Virus record (IMG/VR): IMGVR_UViG_3300025646_005470
From: a virus
Direction: 5' to 3' (one strand)
DNA length: 64,000 nt
The first letter of the stretch is position 1. Each line of letters starts with the position of its first letter. Positions 37,155 through 46,927 of the stretch are shown in pieces. Below the pieces are notes generated by a model. It had not been told where the DNA came from and searched no databases. It saw only the letters and a list, made by a program, of their open reading frames with translations. A program made the translations under genes and the position numbers.

Positions 37155-38164
37155 AGTCTATTGTATAACTCTACTAGTACTGCATTATCAAAAGAATCTG
37201 ATTCGATTTTTGCTAGTTGATTAGTTACAATTTGATCAACTGATTCAAATATAACTTCACCTTGAACATCCTGTGCATGTTCTTCTTTCTTTTGTGGTAT
37301 AAGAGCAAGATCTCTTATTTGATAATTTTGTGCAAAGTTTTCTTTGATAAAGTTTGCTTCTTCATATGAAATGTCTAAGTCTACTTTTACCCTAATGTAT
37401 GAATTTGGTTCTAGCACTGTTTCTGGATCCTCAAGCAACTTACTTAAATCAATTGATCTATACTTTGGTGCATCTGGCCATATTTTATATTCTGGTTGTT
37501 TATCCCATTCAAGGAACATAGCACCTCTGTCATCATCCCATACATCAGCAAAGTTGTGCGGGAAAGGATTACCAATATAAGATATGTTACCTGAATGTTG
37601 TCTTTTGTGAAAGTGTCCAGTAAACACATGTCCTGCATTTTTAAAATGATCACTTCTTATTGTACCAATGTCTGGCATTTCTACCATAGCATTCATTTTA
37701 AAGTGTGGCAATTCAAAATGTCCAAACATATACTTGCATTTTACTTTTTGTACTTTTTTCCATTCATCACCTACTAACCATGGAATAATAGCAACATCAT
37801 CTTTGACTATCCATTCGTTGACTACTTGAATATTTGTAACTTCGTTAGCAAAAACCACTGACGATATTTCACGTTTATCTCTGTAAAACAGATCATGATT
37901 GCCAACAATAAAATAAACTTTTTCAAATGCTTGACCTAGTCTTTTTAGATTAGACACAGAATAGTTTAGTGTTGATACATTAACACTTGATCGTTGGTGA
38001 TGCCAATCACCTAAAAATATACAAGTTTCAGAACCACGTTTTTTTGCTTCATCGATAAACCAAGTAACAAAGTTTTCACAATCAATATTATGCTGACGTG
38101 CATTATTTTTCATACCAAAGTGTATGTCTGTAAAGCAGGCCGCTTTGTTAAAAAACTGTGCCAT
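37151..38164 (-). CDS. gp47: Recombination nuclease subunit (SbcD/Mre11-like)
   Basis: TDIHFG, LGDWHH, VGNHD, GHFE, TGHFH metallophosphoesterase motifs. Confidence 0.95.
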   Translation of the reverse strand: MAQFFNKAACFTDIHFGMKNNARQHNIDCENFVTWFIDEAKKRGSETCIFLGDWHHQRSSVNVSTLNYSVSNLKRLGQAFEKVYFIVGNHDLFYRDKREISSVVFANEVTNIQVVNEWIVKDDVAIIPWLVGDEWKKVQKVKCKYMFGHFELPHFKMNAMVEMPDIGTIRSDHFKNAGHVFTGHFHKRQHSGNISYIGNPFPHNFADVWDDDRGAMFLEWDKQPEYKIWPDAPKYRSIDLSKLLEDPETVLEPNSYIRVKVDLDISYEEANFIKENFAQNYQIRDLALIPQKKEEHAQDVQGEVIFESVDQIVTNQLAKIESDSFDNAVLVELYNRL

Positions 38165-38165
38165 A

Positions 38166-38981
38166 TTAACTTTCTTCTTTTTGTGCTTGTTCTACGTTTG
38201 CTAGTTCTTCAGAGTTTTTCATTTGTCTAGTTAGTGACGGCATAGCACCTGCTTGTTCAAGTAAGTCGTCACGTAGATTTTGATTTTTCTTTTCCATATT
38301 TAAAACTCTTGTAAATGAATTTGTAATAGTTGCTGTATAGTAAGCAAATGGATTTTGTGATTTAGATTCATCAAACTGTAGACCAATTTGTGAAAGTTGT
38401 AGTAGTGCTTGTCCTTGCATTTCATCATTGTAGGTATAGCCACGCCAATTTGCTCTTGTGCCATATCGCTGACAAAGTTTAATAAACATGTTTGCTAGTT
38501 TAGGTGTAATCTTACCATGATCTAAACTAAACTGATTGTGTCCAGCATGATGACTTCTACCAACTTCGTATGGTTTATTGTTTTTATCTAATTTGTAATG
38601 TTTAAAAGGTGGAAAATTTAATTTAACTTTTGTATCTGCTATGTTTTTTGGATTTAGTTTACGACCTTCTTCGTCTGGAATATGATCGTAGGTCATAACT
38701 CTAAACACAAGATCAGTTACAGGAATATTCAAATGATCTTCTCTATACTCATCATATTGAGATCTTTTTAATTCAAGTTCTTCAACCTTAGATTGAAGCA
38801 TACGATCAGCTCTGTTTTTACGTGCTTGTGATATTGAAAGTCTGTTGATCTTAGCAACATCACTTAGAATCATGTCATAATCTGCATATTCTGGCTTTTT
38901 ATAAAAACAATAAGAGTTTTTACTCTTGTGTATTTCAGCCAACATGTCTTTGTTGTTTAGATAATTTATTCTTTTTGCCAC
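38166..38981 (-). CDS. gp55: Late transcription sigma factor
   Basis: NYLNNKDML, NWRGYTYNDEM...A, FDESKSQNPFAYYT....NSF.RVL..EKK. GTG start at 38981 with AGGA SD. Confidence 0.93.
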   Translation of the reverse strand: MAKRINYLNNKDMLAEIHKSKNSYCFYKKPEYADYDMILSDVAKINRLSISQARKNRADRMLQSKVEELELKRSQYDEYREDHLNIPVTDLVFRVMTYDHIPDEEGRKLNPKNIADTKVKLNFPPFKHYKLDKNNKPYEVGRSHHAGHNQFSLDHGKITPKLANMFIKLCQRYGTRANWRGYTYNDEMQGQALLQLSQIGLQFDESKSQNPFAYYTATITNSFTRVLNMEKKNQNLRDDLLEQAGAMPSLTRQMKNSEELANVEQAQKEES

Positions 38982-39006
38982 ACTATAATTCCTTGTATAT
39001 TTAATA

Positions 39007-39035
39007 ATAATACAGCATATACAACCTAAAGTCAA
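39007..39035 (-). promoter_or_regulatory. Sigma70-type promoter TTGACT-17-TATTAT for gp55-gp47-gp46
   Basis: Hexamers with 17-bp spacing upstream of gp55. Confidence 0.7.
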
Positions 39036-39101
39036 GTGTATTTTTTAGTTAAATACTCAGTTAATTATTTCAATAAATAATACTATAACTAGGATATTAA
39101 A

Positions 39102-39785
39102 ATGGCAAAAGATTACAGAGCAAAAATTCAACCTATAGGTAAAACCAATGATGCTATGCAGTTGATTCTTGGACCAAATAATTCAAGTAACATATTACAA
39201 CCATTATGGAAAACCCAAGGAGTAATGTTTCCGTATACACCAATGATTCAAGTTCAACATGCCACTGTAAACTATGGCCAATACGATTTAGCTCATACGA
39301 ACTACGATTATTTTGCATATCAAAGAACATCATCACCAACAGCGACAGTAACTGGAGTGTTTGGAGCTCACACACAAGAAGAAGCAGAATATTTAATGGC
39401 TGTCATACATTTTTTTAGGGTGGTTACAAAATCAAATTTTGGAATACAAGATGTTAACAAAGGAACACCTCCACCTAAATTGGCCTTTAGTGCTTATGGC
39501 GATGCTATGTTTAATCGTACTCCTGTGTATATTAGAACTGTAGCATTTGGTTTAGATCAAGATGTTGACTATGTTCCTGTAAGACATTTTAGTAATAGAT
39601 ATGATCAAAGACAAGTAGCAACAGGAAGCGAAGAACTTGATAGTATGCTTAAAAATTCATATGTGCCTTTGGTACTAAACATATTTGTTGATATTGTAGT
39701 GGCACCAAATCCAAGTGCTATTCGAGATGAATTTAATCTTGAAGAATTTAGAAAAGGCAAATTATTAAATAAAGGATACTATTAA
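39102..39785 (+). CDS. Baseplate tube-initiator-like protein (gp54/gp48-like)
   Basis: GVMFPYTP, GTPPP.L.FSAYG.AMF..TPVYI; first gene of the baseplate block. Confidence 0.6.
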   Translation: MAKDYRAKIQPIGKTNDAMQLILGPNNSSNILQPLWKTQGVMFPYTPMIQVQHATVNYGQYDLAHTNYDYFAYQRTSSPTATVTGVFGAHTQEEAEYLMAVIHFFRVVTKSNFGIQDVNKGTPPPKLAFSAYGDAMFNRTPVYIRTVAFGLDQDVDYVPVRHFSNRYDQRQVATGSEELDSMLKNSYVPLVLNIFVDIVVAPNPSAIRDEFNLEEFRKGKLLNKGYY

Positions 39786-40069
39786 TGGCCACTTACAACA
39801 AACAAAGTCCCTATAGCAAAACTTCAAAAATAGGCGACTATCTTGGTTTAATGAATTATCGATCAGTAATTAACGATGATTCGGATGAAACATATACTAT
39901 CGAATCACGTTATGATATGCGTCCAGATCTATTAGCATATGATCGTTTTGGCAGTTCTAGATACTGGTGGCTGTTTGCTATGAGAAACAAAAATACAATA
40001 ATTGATCCTATACAAGATTTTAGAACAGGTGTTACAATTAGAATTCCAAAAATAGAAAACGTGAGGTAA
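39785..40069 (+). CDS. gp53: Baseplate wedge protein with LysM-like fold
   Basis: YDMRPDLLAYDRFGSSRYWWLFAMRN...DPIQDF..G..IRIP. Confidence 0.8.
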   Translation: MATYNKQSPYSKTSKIGDYLGLMNYRSVINDDSDETYTIESRYDMRPDLLAYDRFGSSRYWWLFAMRNKNTIIDPIQDFRTGVTIRIPKIENVR

Positions 40070-40073
40070 CATT

Positions 40074-43013
40074 ATGGCCGGCGTGGTAAAAAATTACAAT
40101 CAAAGAATAAAAGAAAAAAATAGTAAAGATCCTAGTACAGATCCTAATTGGCAAAAACCAAATCTTAATAGTTTTAATAAAACTCCATCAGTTGAATATG
40201 AAGATCGTTATAACATGAGTGATAACGACACCATGTATGATTGGAAATTTAAGCAATTAGTAAATGAACAAGATAGAATACTAAAAGAAAATAGACTTAT
40301 TAGGCAAGAACTTGAAGAAACGTCTGGTAGATCAGTTAATCCAAGATCACCAAATTATCTAAAATCAAAAAACCTAGAAAGCAAATTAAAAAGTAACAAT
40401 CAAAAATATGAAAACATACACGATCAACAAATAGATCTTGTAGGTGAAAAAGATATCTATGAAAATTTTACTATGGCTCAGTATAAAAATTCTCTTAAAA
40501 AAGACAACCAAGGTAAATTCGTAAATCCTTTACAAACAACACCTAATTTATATGAGAGTAAAGAGTCGCCACCAGCATTTGACGAAGTTAATGATTATTT
40601 TGTAAACGAAAACAATCAAAATAATAATCAAACTGCTATCGAACAAACTTTAACAGCAGATCAAAAAAATGCATTTGGCGGATACAAAAACAATAATCCT
40701 GGTTCTGGAGTGTTTGAAGGTGAAGGGGCAAAAGATGTAAATGATGCGGCGGCCGATTTTACAAAAATTAATGTTCCTATTAGTAGTAACATACAAACCC
40801 AAGTACAACCTCAATATAAAGATCTTTTTAAAAGAAATATATTACACGATTATGATACTGTTACATATAACTTCCAACTTTCAATGTTATCAGAGCAAGG
40901 AACTAGATCTGCTCAAGAACATATAATAAAAGCAAATTATTCTGGAGCAGGATGGTCAAAATGGTCATCTAATAATTTTGATAAAATAATTATTGCTGAA
41001 ACTGGAAGCACAGTTCTTAGTATTGCTGATGCACAAATAAATGCTGTAGCAGGGCCAATCAATAACGGTAAAAGATTAACCGGTGCTGTAGATTTTCAAT
41101 TGAATATCGTGCAACCACTAAATGCTTCTTTCACAGACACTTTAGTGAATGCGGCTATGGCTTTGGGTTTGCCAGATGGATTAAAAGCAACATATCTTTT
41201 AGAATTAAAATTTATTGGTAGAGATCCAGAAACTGGAGATATAGTAGATCCAATTCCAACAACTCAGCGACAATTTTTAATTGAAATTATTGCTGTTGAA
41301 GCCACAGTTGATACTAGAGGAGCGTCATACAATGTACGAGCTGTTAGAGCCGGTGACAAAGGCATGATGCAAAATACATATCAAACTGACCGTCCTGTAC
41401 AATTAGTAAATTTAAAAACTGTAAATGATCTAATTAAATCCACAGCAGAAACAATGAATTTAAATGAGTTAGATAAGTTAGCTATTGAAAAAGGTATTTT
41501 AGATGAATACTATATTAAATTAGACGATTATGCTTCAGCCTCAATTGGCAACGATCCTATATTAGACACTGAAACATTAGAAAAAGTTCTTACAAATAAA
41601 TCATTTGATGAAAAAGATGATTCACAATTTAAAATGTTTAGAATTGCACAAGGAACAAGTATTGATAGAATTATTGAATTTGGTATTTCCCATTCAAAAA
41701 AATTACAAAAACTTGCTAAAGGTTTAAAAGATGATGCTGATGCTGACTCATCAAATTCAGACGACATTGACAAATATGTAAAACGCATATTTAAAATTAA
41801 AGTTGACACAAAAAATATTGCATGGGATGTTCTTAGAAATGATTATGCTAGAGAATATCATTATACAATTTCTTTATTTCCAACTATAAGACCTGAAATA
41901 TTACCAGGTGTTTGGGGTGACTGGAGTAAGGTAGCTGAAGAAAAAATCAAAGCATTAATAAATGGAGATCTAGGAGAAAGCAAATCTAGACCATACAAAG
42001 CACTAAGCAAAAGATATGATTATTTGTTTACAGGATTAAATGATAAAGTTTTAAGGTTTGATATAAAATATAACAATCAGTTTTTCTTTGCCTTACACAG
42101 TTATAGGGGAATATACTCAAAACTATCTAATGATGTTAAAGATAAAATTACAAAAACTTCGTCAACTCTTACTAAATTTAAAGAACAACAAAAAACACTA
42201 AGATCTGCATGGTCAGAATATTTAAGTGCTAAATCAGATAACATTGGTGCTTCCGATGAAACAAAAGAAAAAGCCTTAGGACCTGCTTGGGATAAGTTTG
42301 CATCTGAAAGAACAGAACTAATCAACTTATATGTTGAAGGGGTTGAAAATAATACGTTTGAAGGTGATGTTGAAACTGCTAGAGGATTGCAACTTACTGA
42401 TGCCGCTGGCCCTTTCCAAACTAATAAAAAAACATTAAGCAAGAATAGTATGGACAACGAATACTCAACTGATCCAATTTTAAATCAATCATTGTTAAAA
42501 AACTATGCAGAACTAATAGATAGAGAACAAGTTGTTAATGCTATCGAGGCATCAGAAAAACCATTTCAAATTATGTGGGGAGCGATACCAGATGATTTTC
42601 GAGGAAACTTTAATAATGAAGATGGTAGTCCAGGTAAAGGACATTTAGATGCTGTGATTGAAGCATCGTTGGCTGATTTTGAAGCAGATTTAGTTTCTAT
42701 GGATATGGACATAAAAGGTGACCCTTTTTGGTTAGAATCTGAAAGAGATTTTGATAACGAAGATACAGCAAGTTTATATGAAGGTGAAAACTATCTATTA
42801 TTTAGAGCAATTACCAGCGCCGGAGAACCTGATCCCGAAACTGGATTAGCAAATCCTAATAGAGAAGGAAAAGAACAAATGCTGAATGGTGTGTATGCTG
42901 TGGTTCAAATTAATAACTCTTTTACAGGCGGGCAATTTATACAAAATATTAAAGGTGTTAAAGAAGCATTTATCACAGACATAAGTATATTAGAGCAATT
43001 TAAGGAAAAATAA
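40074..43013 (+). CDS. Large baseplate hub protein (gp27-like)
   Basis: Between gp53 and gp5; C-terminal MDMDIKGDPFWL...GVYAVVQINNSFTGGQFIQ resembles hub C-termini. Confidence 0.6.
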   Translation: MAGVVKNYNQRIKEKNSKDPSTDPNWQKPNLNSFNKTPSVEYEDRYNMSDNDTMYDWKFKQLVNEQDRILKENRLIRQELEETSGRSVNPRSPNYLKSKNLESKLKSNNQKYENIHDQQIDLVGEKDIYENFTMAQYKNSLKKDNQGKFVNPLQTTPNLYESKESPPAFDEVNDYFVNENNQNNNQTAIEQTLTADQKNAFGGYKNNNPGSGVFEGEGAKDVNDAAADFTKINVPISSNIQTQVQPQYKDLFKRNILHDYDTVTYNFQLSMLSEQGTRSAQEHIIKANYSGAGWSKWSSNNFDKIIIAETGSTVLSIADAQINAVAGPINNGKRLTGAVDFQLNIVQPLNASFTDTLVNAAMALGLPDGLKATYLLELKFIGRDPETGDIVDPIPTTQRQFLIEIIAVEATVDTRGASYNVRAVRAGDKGMMQNTYQTDRPVQLVNLKTVNDLIKSTAETMNLNELDKLAIEKGILDEYYIKLDDYASASIGNDPILDTETLEKVLTNKSFDEKDDSQFKMFRIAQGTSIDRIIEFGISHSKKLQKLAKGLKDDADADSSNSDDIDKYVKRIFKIKVDTKNIAWDVLRNDYAREYHYTISLFPTIRPEILPGVWGDWSKVAEEKIKALINGDLGESKSRPYKALSKRYDYLFTGLNDKVLRFDIKYNNQFFFALHSYRGIYSKLSNDVKDKITKTSSTLTKFKEQQKTLRSAWSEYLSAKSDNIGASDETKEKALGPAWDKFASERTELINLYVEGVENNTFEGDVETARGLQLTDAAGPFQTNKKTLSKNSMDNEYSTDPILNQSLLKNYAELIDREQVVNAIEASEKPFQIMWGAIPDDFRGNFNNEDGSPGKGHLDAVIEASLADFEADLVSMDMDIKGDPFWLESERDFDNEDTASLYEGENYLLFRAITSAGEPDPETGLANPNREGKEQMLNGVYAVVQINNSFTGGQFIQNIKGVKEAFITDISILEQFKEK

Positions 43014-43017
43014 TTAA

Positions 43018-44475
43018 ATGGCAACACATAAAACATCAGCAATATCTAGTATTAGAAATCCATTTTCTGATTCACAAAAAAAATTAGGTAACGTTTATAC
43101 ATACAACGGAATATACGAAGCCATAGTTATATCTAGTAAAGATGTACAAAAAAATGGTAGATTAAAAGTTAGACTAGTTAACAGTAATACCAATGTAGAC
43201 TATGTAGAAGAAAACGATGCTCAAAGCTATTTAGATATTACAGTTCAATGGAGTTCACCATTTGCAGGTGCTACAAATATAAAAGATACAATAAGCACAG
43301 GAACAGCAACACTTCCAGGATCATCTGCAACAACTGACCCAGATAAAACATATGATGGAACTCAAAAAAGTTACGGCATGTGGATGATTCCACCCGATAT
43401 TGGTAACCGAGTATTGGTTATGTTTGTAAACGGAGATATTGCTAGAGGTATAGTAATTGGGTGTATGTATCAACCACTTATGAATCATATGGTTCCTGGT
43501 ATTGCACGATCAAAAACATTTACTGCAAACGACGGAGAAACACTTGAAGTTCCTGTAGCAGAATATAACAAAGCAAGTGACGAAGCAAAAAATGTAGATT
43601 GGAAAACTAAAAGAGACAGTACTGGCCAAACACCTACAGATAATGTAAAACGTCCATCACATACTCCACATTTTAACGGATTGAAAGAACAAGGATTAGA
43701 ACAGGATACTGTTAGAGGATTAACTAGTTCATCTGCAAGACGCGAATCACCATCACAAGTATTTGGTATCCTTACTCCAGGCGGTCATCAATTTGTAATG
43801 GATGATGCTGATCAAAAATTAGTGAGATTAAGAACCACATCAGGTGCTCAAATATTATTAGATGAATCCAACGGTAATGTATACATTATTAATAAAAAAG
43901 GCACAGGTTGGGTTGAAATTGACGACAGTGGTAAAATAGATGTATGGGCTAACGATTCAATTAGCATACGTTCACACAAAGACATAAATTTACGTGCTGA
44001 TAGAGATTTAAATATAGAATCAGGAAGAAATATTAATGTTAAAACACATCAAACAACTAGCGATAATCAACCTAGTGATACTACAAATTTATTAGCTGGC
44101 ATTGGTGCTTTTAATTTAGATATTGCTGGAGAATTAAATGTTAAATCTGGTAGTACAACAAAGATAACTTCTGGAAGTAATTTTAATCTAAATACAACAG
44201 GTGTAAATTTATTTACTGCTTCTGGCAATACATCAATTAAGAGTGGTGGTCAGCATATCGAAACTGCATCACAAATTCATATGAATGGTCCAGCGGCCGC
44301 AGAAGCAACAATATTTAACGGGTTATCAGTTAAAGTCGATAGTGAAGGAAATTTGTATTTTACAAATACTCTCTATACAAGAAACAGCGAAGGTAATAGA
44401 GAAACAGAAAAAGTAGGAACAATTCTAACAAGGTTCCCAACTAGAGAACCTTTTGCTAGAGAAACTTTTGAATAA
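43018..44475 (+). CDS. gp5: Baseplate central spike (OB fold plus beta-helix, no lysozyme domain)
   Basis: AIV..SKD.QKNGRLKVR, GMWMIPPDIGNRVLVMFVNGD..RG..IG, TPGGHQFVMDD, repeated beta-helix tail. Confidence 0.8.
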   Translation: MATHKTSAISSIRNPFSDSQKKLGNVYTYNGIYEAIVISSKDVQKNGRLKVRLVNSNTNVDYVEENDAQSYLDITVQWSSPFAGATNIKDTISTGTATLPGSSATTDPDKTYDGTQKSYGMWMIPPDIGNRVLVMFVNGDIARGIVIGCMYQPLMNHMVPGIARSKTFTANDGETLEVPVAEYNKASDEAKNVDWKTKRDSTGQTPTDNVKRPSHTPHFNGLKEQGLEQDTVRGLTSSSARRESPSQVFGILTPGGHQFVMDDADQKLVRLRTTSGAQILLDESNGNVYIINKKGTGWVEIDDSGKIDVWANDSISIRSHKDINLRADRDLNIESGRNINVKTHQTTSDNQPSDTTNLLAGIGAFNLDIAGELNVKSGSTTKITSGSNFNLNTTGVNLFTASGNTSIKSGGQHIETASQIHMNGPAAAEATIFNGLSVKVDSEGNLYFTNTLYTRNSEGNRETEKVGTILTRFPTREPFARETFE

Positions 44476-45054
44476 TTACCAACCAACACCTACAGGTGTT
44501 AGCATATATTGACCTTTATCATTAGTTACCTGCATACCATTTTCAATTTTTACTTTAGGATCTTTCATTAGTATCCACTTACCTTCTGCAGATCTACAAG
44601 TAACACCTTGACTTTGCTCAATTCTTGCACCAATTTGTACTTCTTGAACAAATGATCGACATGGTACTTGACCATTTTCAATGTAGTAAGTATCAGTTAC
44701 CATAATACCACCTTGTGTATTATTGTTAGGATTTGACCATCTTACTGCATGATGATCTGGAGCATATTCAAAAGTTTGATATGCGGCCTGTTCATGTTTA
44801 AGAGTTTCATACTCATCTAATTGAGCACCTACATTTGATCCCCAATGTGATCCAAGTATAACACCCACAATAGTAGCAATATCTTTACCTGTGCCTTTGC
44901 CAAATTGGTTACCAATTACACCACCTACTACTGCACCACCTAGTGTATAAGTGTCTTTTTTAGATATAGTTTGACCAGTTGTAGCAGTGCAATTTGTTAG
45001 CATTAATGCTAGAGTTCCAACTGCTAGTGTTTTTAAAAGATTTGATTTCATCAT
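44476..45054 (-). CDS. Lipoprotein with glycine zipper and 17-kDa surface antigen (RT0821/Lpp0805)-like domain
   Basis: Signal peptide with lipobox LTN-C; GAVVGGVIGNQFGKGTGK..ATIVG.ILG zipper; W.NP...G...CR.F...V.IG....Q..G..CR...G.W. Start 45054 with GGAG SD. Confidence 0.85.
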   Translation of the reverse strand: MMKSNLLKTLAVGTLALMLTNCTATTGQTISKKDTYTLGGAVVGGVIGNQFGKGTGKDIATIVGVILGSHWGSNVGAQLDEYETLKHEQAAYQTFEYAPDHHAVRWSNPNNNTQGGIMVTDTYYIENGQVPCRSFVQEVQIGARIEQSQGVTCRSAEGKWILMKDPKVKIENGMQVTNDKGQYMLTPVGVGW

Positions 45055-45068
45055 TTTCTCCTTTATTG

Positions 45069-45088
45069 GAGCCCCGTTTCCGGGGCTC
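45069..45088 (-). other. GAAA-tetraloop hairpin between the 76-aa gene and the lipoprotein
   Basis: GAGCCCCG-GAAA-CGGGGCTC on the minus strand; no U-tract. Confidence 0.65.
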
Positions 45089-45098
45089 TTCAATAAAT

Positions 45099-45329
45099 TT
45101 ATGCTACGTGTTGTGCTTTTAATTTTAAAGAAGATTTGTATTCTTCTTTAGTCATTGGCATTTCAAGTTTGATAAACTCTACTTTGCTAGTTTCATCAAC
45201 TGGTTTGTAACCGTTGTTGATTAATACTTGAGCTCTGTTTTCAGGTTTGTTAGTAAATCTCATTACTTTTTTACCGTCAGCTCTTACTGCCTCTAGTACG
45301 TATGTGTACTTTGTGTTTATATCAGCCAT
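45099..45329 (-). CDS. Hypothetical early protein (76 aa)
   Basis: Strong AGGAGG SD, CAA-rich leader, TTGACA box at 45404-45409. Confidence 0.8.
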   Translation of the reverse strand: MADINTKYTYVLEAVRADGKKVMRFTNKPENRAQVLINNGYKPVDETSKVEFIKLEMPMTKEEYKSSLKLKAQHVA

Positions 45330-45462
45330 GTTAATTACACCTCCTGTTTGTTGTTATTGTTATTGTGTTTAACATAATACTAATATAACATAAAATAGGA
45401 TATTGTCAACCTCTTTTTGGCCATAAATTTATTGCTAAAAATGGAAGATTTTTAATAATACT

Positions 45463-46470
45463 TTATCTTTTTGGCTTATCTTTCCAGTTCATATGTACCT
45501 GATCAGCACTTGTTGTAGTGGGTTTTGCACCATCTTTTGGTACTCTAGCAGGCGGTATATAGTTCCATTCTGGTCTGTCTTTTTTTTCTATTGTTTGACT
45601 ATTATCTAAAACTTCAAATAATTTATCTACAGGAGATAAACTTTTTTGAAAATCATCTTTATGCACAAAAAATCTTTCCATTTCTTTTGGAAATTTGTGC
45701 CAAAGTCTACCTGCTGATTTTCCAGTTGATAACGTAGGAATATAGTCTCGTTCATAAAACCAATCATATATTTGTTGACAGTTCCAATTAAATCTAATTG
45801 GTTGGTGCTCAACCATTTCAAGTTGTACAATTGGTTTATATTTTAATATTGTTTGTTCTGCTCCTTGTACAACATCAAACTCGTGACCTTCTACGTCAAT
45901 TTTAATAATATCAACATCTTTAAAATTATAACTATCTAAAGTTTTTAATTCTACTTTTTCTGTATCTGGGTTTGTAGGCCTTGTTCTAATTTGTCCGGTT
46001 CTAGTAGGTAAATGTAAATTATCTAAATAGTTATGCCCAGCATTATCAACTTTAATAATAATTTCACTAGTACCTTCAGAACTGCTTAATGCTTTTTGAT
46101 AAGTTTGAATTTTACCAGTTACTTTAGCACTAGCAAATCCGTTATTATCTGGATACCATCCTTTTACTTGATTTGACTGTGTTTGTGCTAATTTAACTGA
46201 TCTTTCTAACATAGAATATGTTTGCGGTGTTGGTTCAAAAGCATGAACTTCTTTTGCCCATGTGGCATACTCGATTGTGTTCATACCAATATTTGCTCCA
46301 ACATCAATTATTGTACGAGCATTTGGTTTTAAATTTCTTAGTCTTATAAGATTTTTCTTTTGATAAGGTCCAGCATTTGCTATTCTTTGCTGATAAAAAA
46401 CGTCATCTTTATAAATCCAATATTGACGTCCGTGTGTGTTTGTTACTAATTGTTCTGCGAACTTTGTCAT
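45463..46470 (-). CDS. FkbM-family SAM-dependent methyltransferase
   Basis: IIDVGANIG, AFEP, IIKIDVEGHE..V..GA. Start at MTKFAE (46470) with AGGAGG SD instead of the track's 46596. Confidence 0.9.
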   Translation of the reverse strand: MTKFAEQLVTNTHGRQYWIYKDDVFYQQRIANAGPYQKKNLIRLRNLKPNARTIIDVGANIGMNTIEYATWAKEVHAFEPTPQTYSMLERSVKLAQTQSNQVKGWYPDNNGFASAKVTGKIQTYQKALSSSEGTSEIIIKVDNAGHNYLDNLHLPTRTGQIRTRPTNPDTEKVELKTLDSYNFKDVDIIKIDVEGHEFDVVQGAEQTILKYKPIVQLEMVEHQPIRFNWNCQQIYDWFYERDYIPTLSTGKSAGRLWHKFPKEMERFFVHKDDFQKSLSPVDKLFEVLDNSQTIEKKDRPEWNYIPPARVPKDGAKPTTTSADQVHMNWKDKPKR

Positions 46471-46539
46471 GTTTCCTCCTTGGTGTCGTTCACACAATAT
46501 TCCTATATTATAGGACAAGGTGTTATTACTAATATTTAT

Positions 46540-46568
46540 AGTATAATAAAAGATAATTATTTTGTCAA
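46540..46568 (-). promoter_or_regulatory. Sigma70-type promoter TTGACA-17-TATACT for the FkbM gene
   Basis: Near-consensus hexamers, 17-bp spacing. Confidence 0.8.
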
Positions 46569-46580
46569 TGATTAAATCAT

Positions 46581-46606
46581 AAAAAAGCCCCGACAAGCGG
46601 GGCTTT
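46581..46606 (-). terminator. Intrinsic terminator
   Basis: AAAGCCCCG / CGGGGCTTT stem followed by a U-tract on the minus strand. Confidence 0.85.
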
Positions 46607-46625
46607 AGTGTAAAAAGTTGTCTAA

Positions 46626-46889
46626 TTAAGCAACTTTTCTTTGCATGATACGGTATTTAACCGCACTTCTTTTGGTATCTCTTGTAACAAATCTTAGTGA
46701 TCTGATATCAAAACCATCTTGTCTCAACTCACAAATTCTTGCTGTTGGTTTCATAATTTTGTATCTAGATACTAACTGCTTGTTTGTTACTGTAGAGCCT
46801 GTACCCCAATAGTACTGTAAGATTCTCTGTTTTTGAGTACCTACTCTGTACTGTGAAGCACCTTTTATTTTTACATTTTGTAAACCCAT
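46626..46889 (-). CDS. Small winged-helix/HTH-like DNA-binding protein
   Basis: TQKQRILQY...VTNKQL...ARICELRQDGFDI pattern; start MGLQ with GGAG SD. Confidence 0.6.
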   Translation of the reverse strand: MGLQNVKIKGASQYRVGTQKQRILQYYWGTGSTVTNKQLVSRYKIMKPTARICELRQDGFDIRSLRFVTRDTKRSAVKYRIMQRKVA

Positions 46890-46927
46890 GTTTTTCTCCA
46901 GTTCTAACAAGTTAAGTTTATGTTTAT

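Noticed and set aside
1-38981. Inteins or introns in terminase, portal, capsid, gp46 or gp47
   Set aside because: Conserved motifs are contiguous at expected spacing, with no intein boundary residues or LAGLIDADG insertions seen.
45337-45375. 14-codon upstream ORF (MLNTITITTNRRCN) as a leader peptide
   Set aside because: It overlaps the predicted promoter/start region and has no RBS. The ACAATA run is better read as an unstructured leader.
46470-46535. SAM riboswitch in the 5' leader of the FkbM methyltransferase
   Set aside because: Only a short TCCTAT/ATAGGA hairpin and a 5-bp CCTTG/CAAGG pairing are visible; nothing matches the SAM-II, SAM-V or SAM-SAH consensus as I recall them.
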